A DNA stretch of 40,702 nt from a virus: IMG/VR virus record IMGVR_UViG_3300045988_072105, positions 1 through 40,702 of that record. One strand, given 5' to 3'. The notes below the pieces were generated by a model that saw only the letters and a program-made list of their open reading frames with translations, searched no databases and was not told where the DNA came from. Both the position numbers and the translations under genes were made by a program. Positions 40,639-40,702 of the stretch are shown here, piece by piece; position 1 is the first letter of the stretch; every line of letters begins with the position of its first letter.

Positions 40639-40702
40639 TCAATCTCGTATTCAACCTACTCAAACCCTTGCGGTTGTAAGGTTGACTTGTTTATACCAAA
40701 AA
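40584..40702. repeat. Terminal direct repeat copy B (identical to 1-119)
   Basis: Base-by-base identity with the window start. Confidence 0.95.

Overview
The window is one complete temperate siphovirus-type phage genome from a low/medium-GC Firmicute, probably Lactobacillales (host guess rests on the protein families only). The first 119 nt are identical to the last 119 nt, so the contig closes on itself with a unit length of 40,583 bp. About 55 genes run on the minus strand. From high to low coordinates they are: Cro-like switch gene, early and recombination/replication genes (SMC-like ATPase, AAA_24, DUF669, SF2 helicase, primase-helicase, iteron origin, RusA, YopX, DUF1642), ArpU-type late regulator, TerS/TerL, SPP1-type portal, MuF/gp7 minor head protein, scaffold, capsid, connectors, major tail protein, frameshifted chaperones, 1566-aa tape measure, Dit, 1236-aa Tal/RBP fusion, LL-H-type holin, endolysin. 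Four genes run on the plus strand as the lysogeny module: CI-like repressor, ImmA-type metalloprotease, a glycine-zipper membrane protein, and a tyrosine integrase. The most interesting signal is in the head module. The MuF minor head protein carries a C-terminal RelA/SpoT-type (toxSAS-like) pyrophosphokinase domain. It is followed by a translationally coupled 69-aa ORF and an HD-domain small alarmone hydrolase, all in an AT-rich cassette closed by a strong terminator. Other points worth a second look: an LPXTG-anchored adhesin wired into the replication operon; an iteron origin; a four-operator switch with a distal operator; a tRNA-like T-arm/acceptor element upstream of terS; a 15-17-bp motif present three times near int, attP and the early operon; a duplicated int leader; and a baseplate-like coiled-coil gene downstream of the lysin. 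All family assignments come from reading the translations and have not been confirmed by HMM or BLAST searches.
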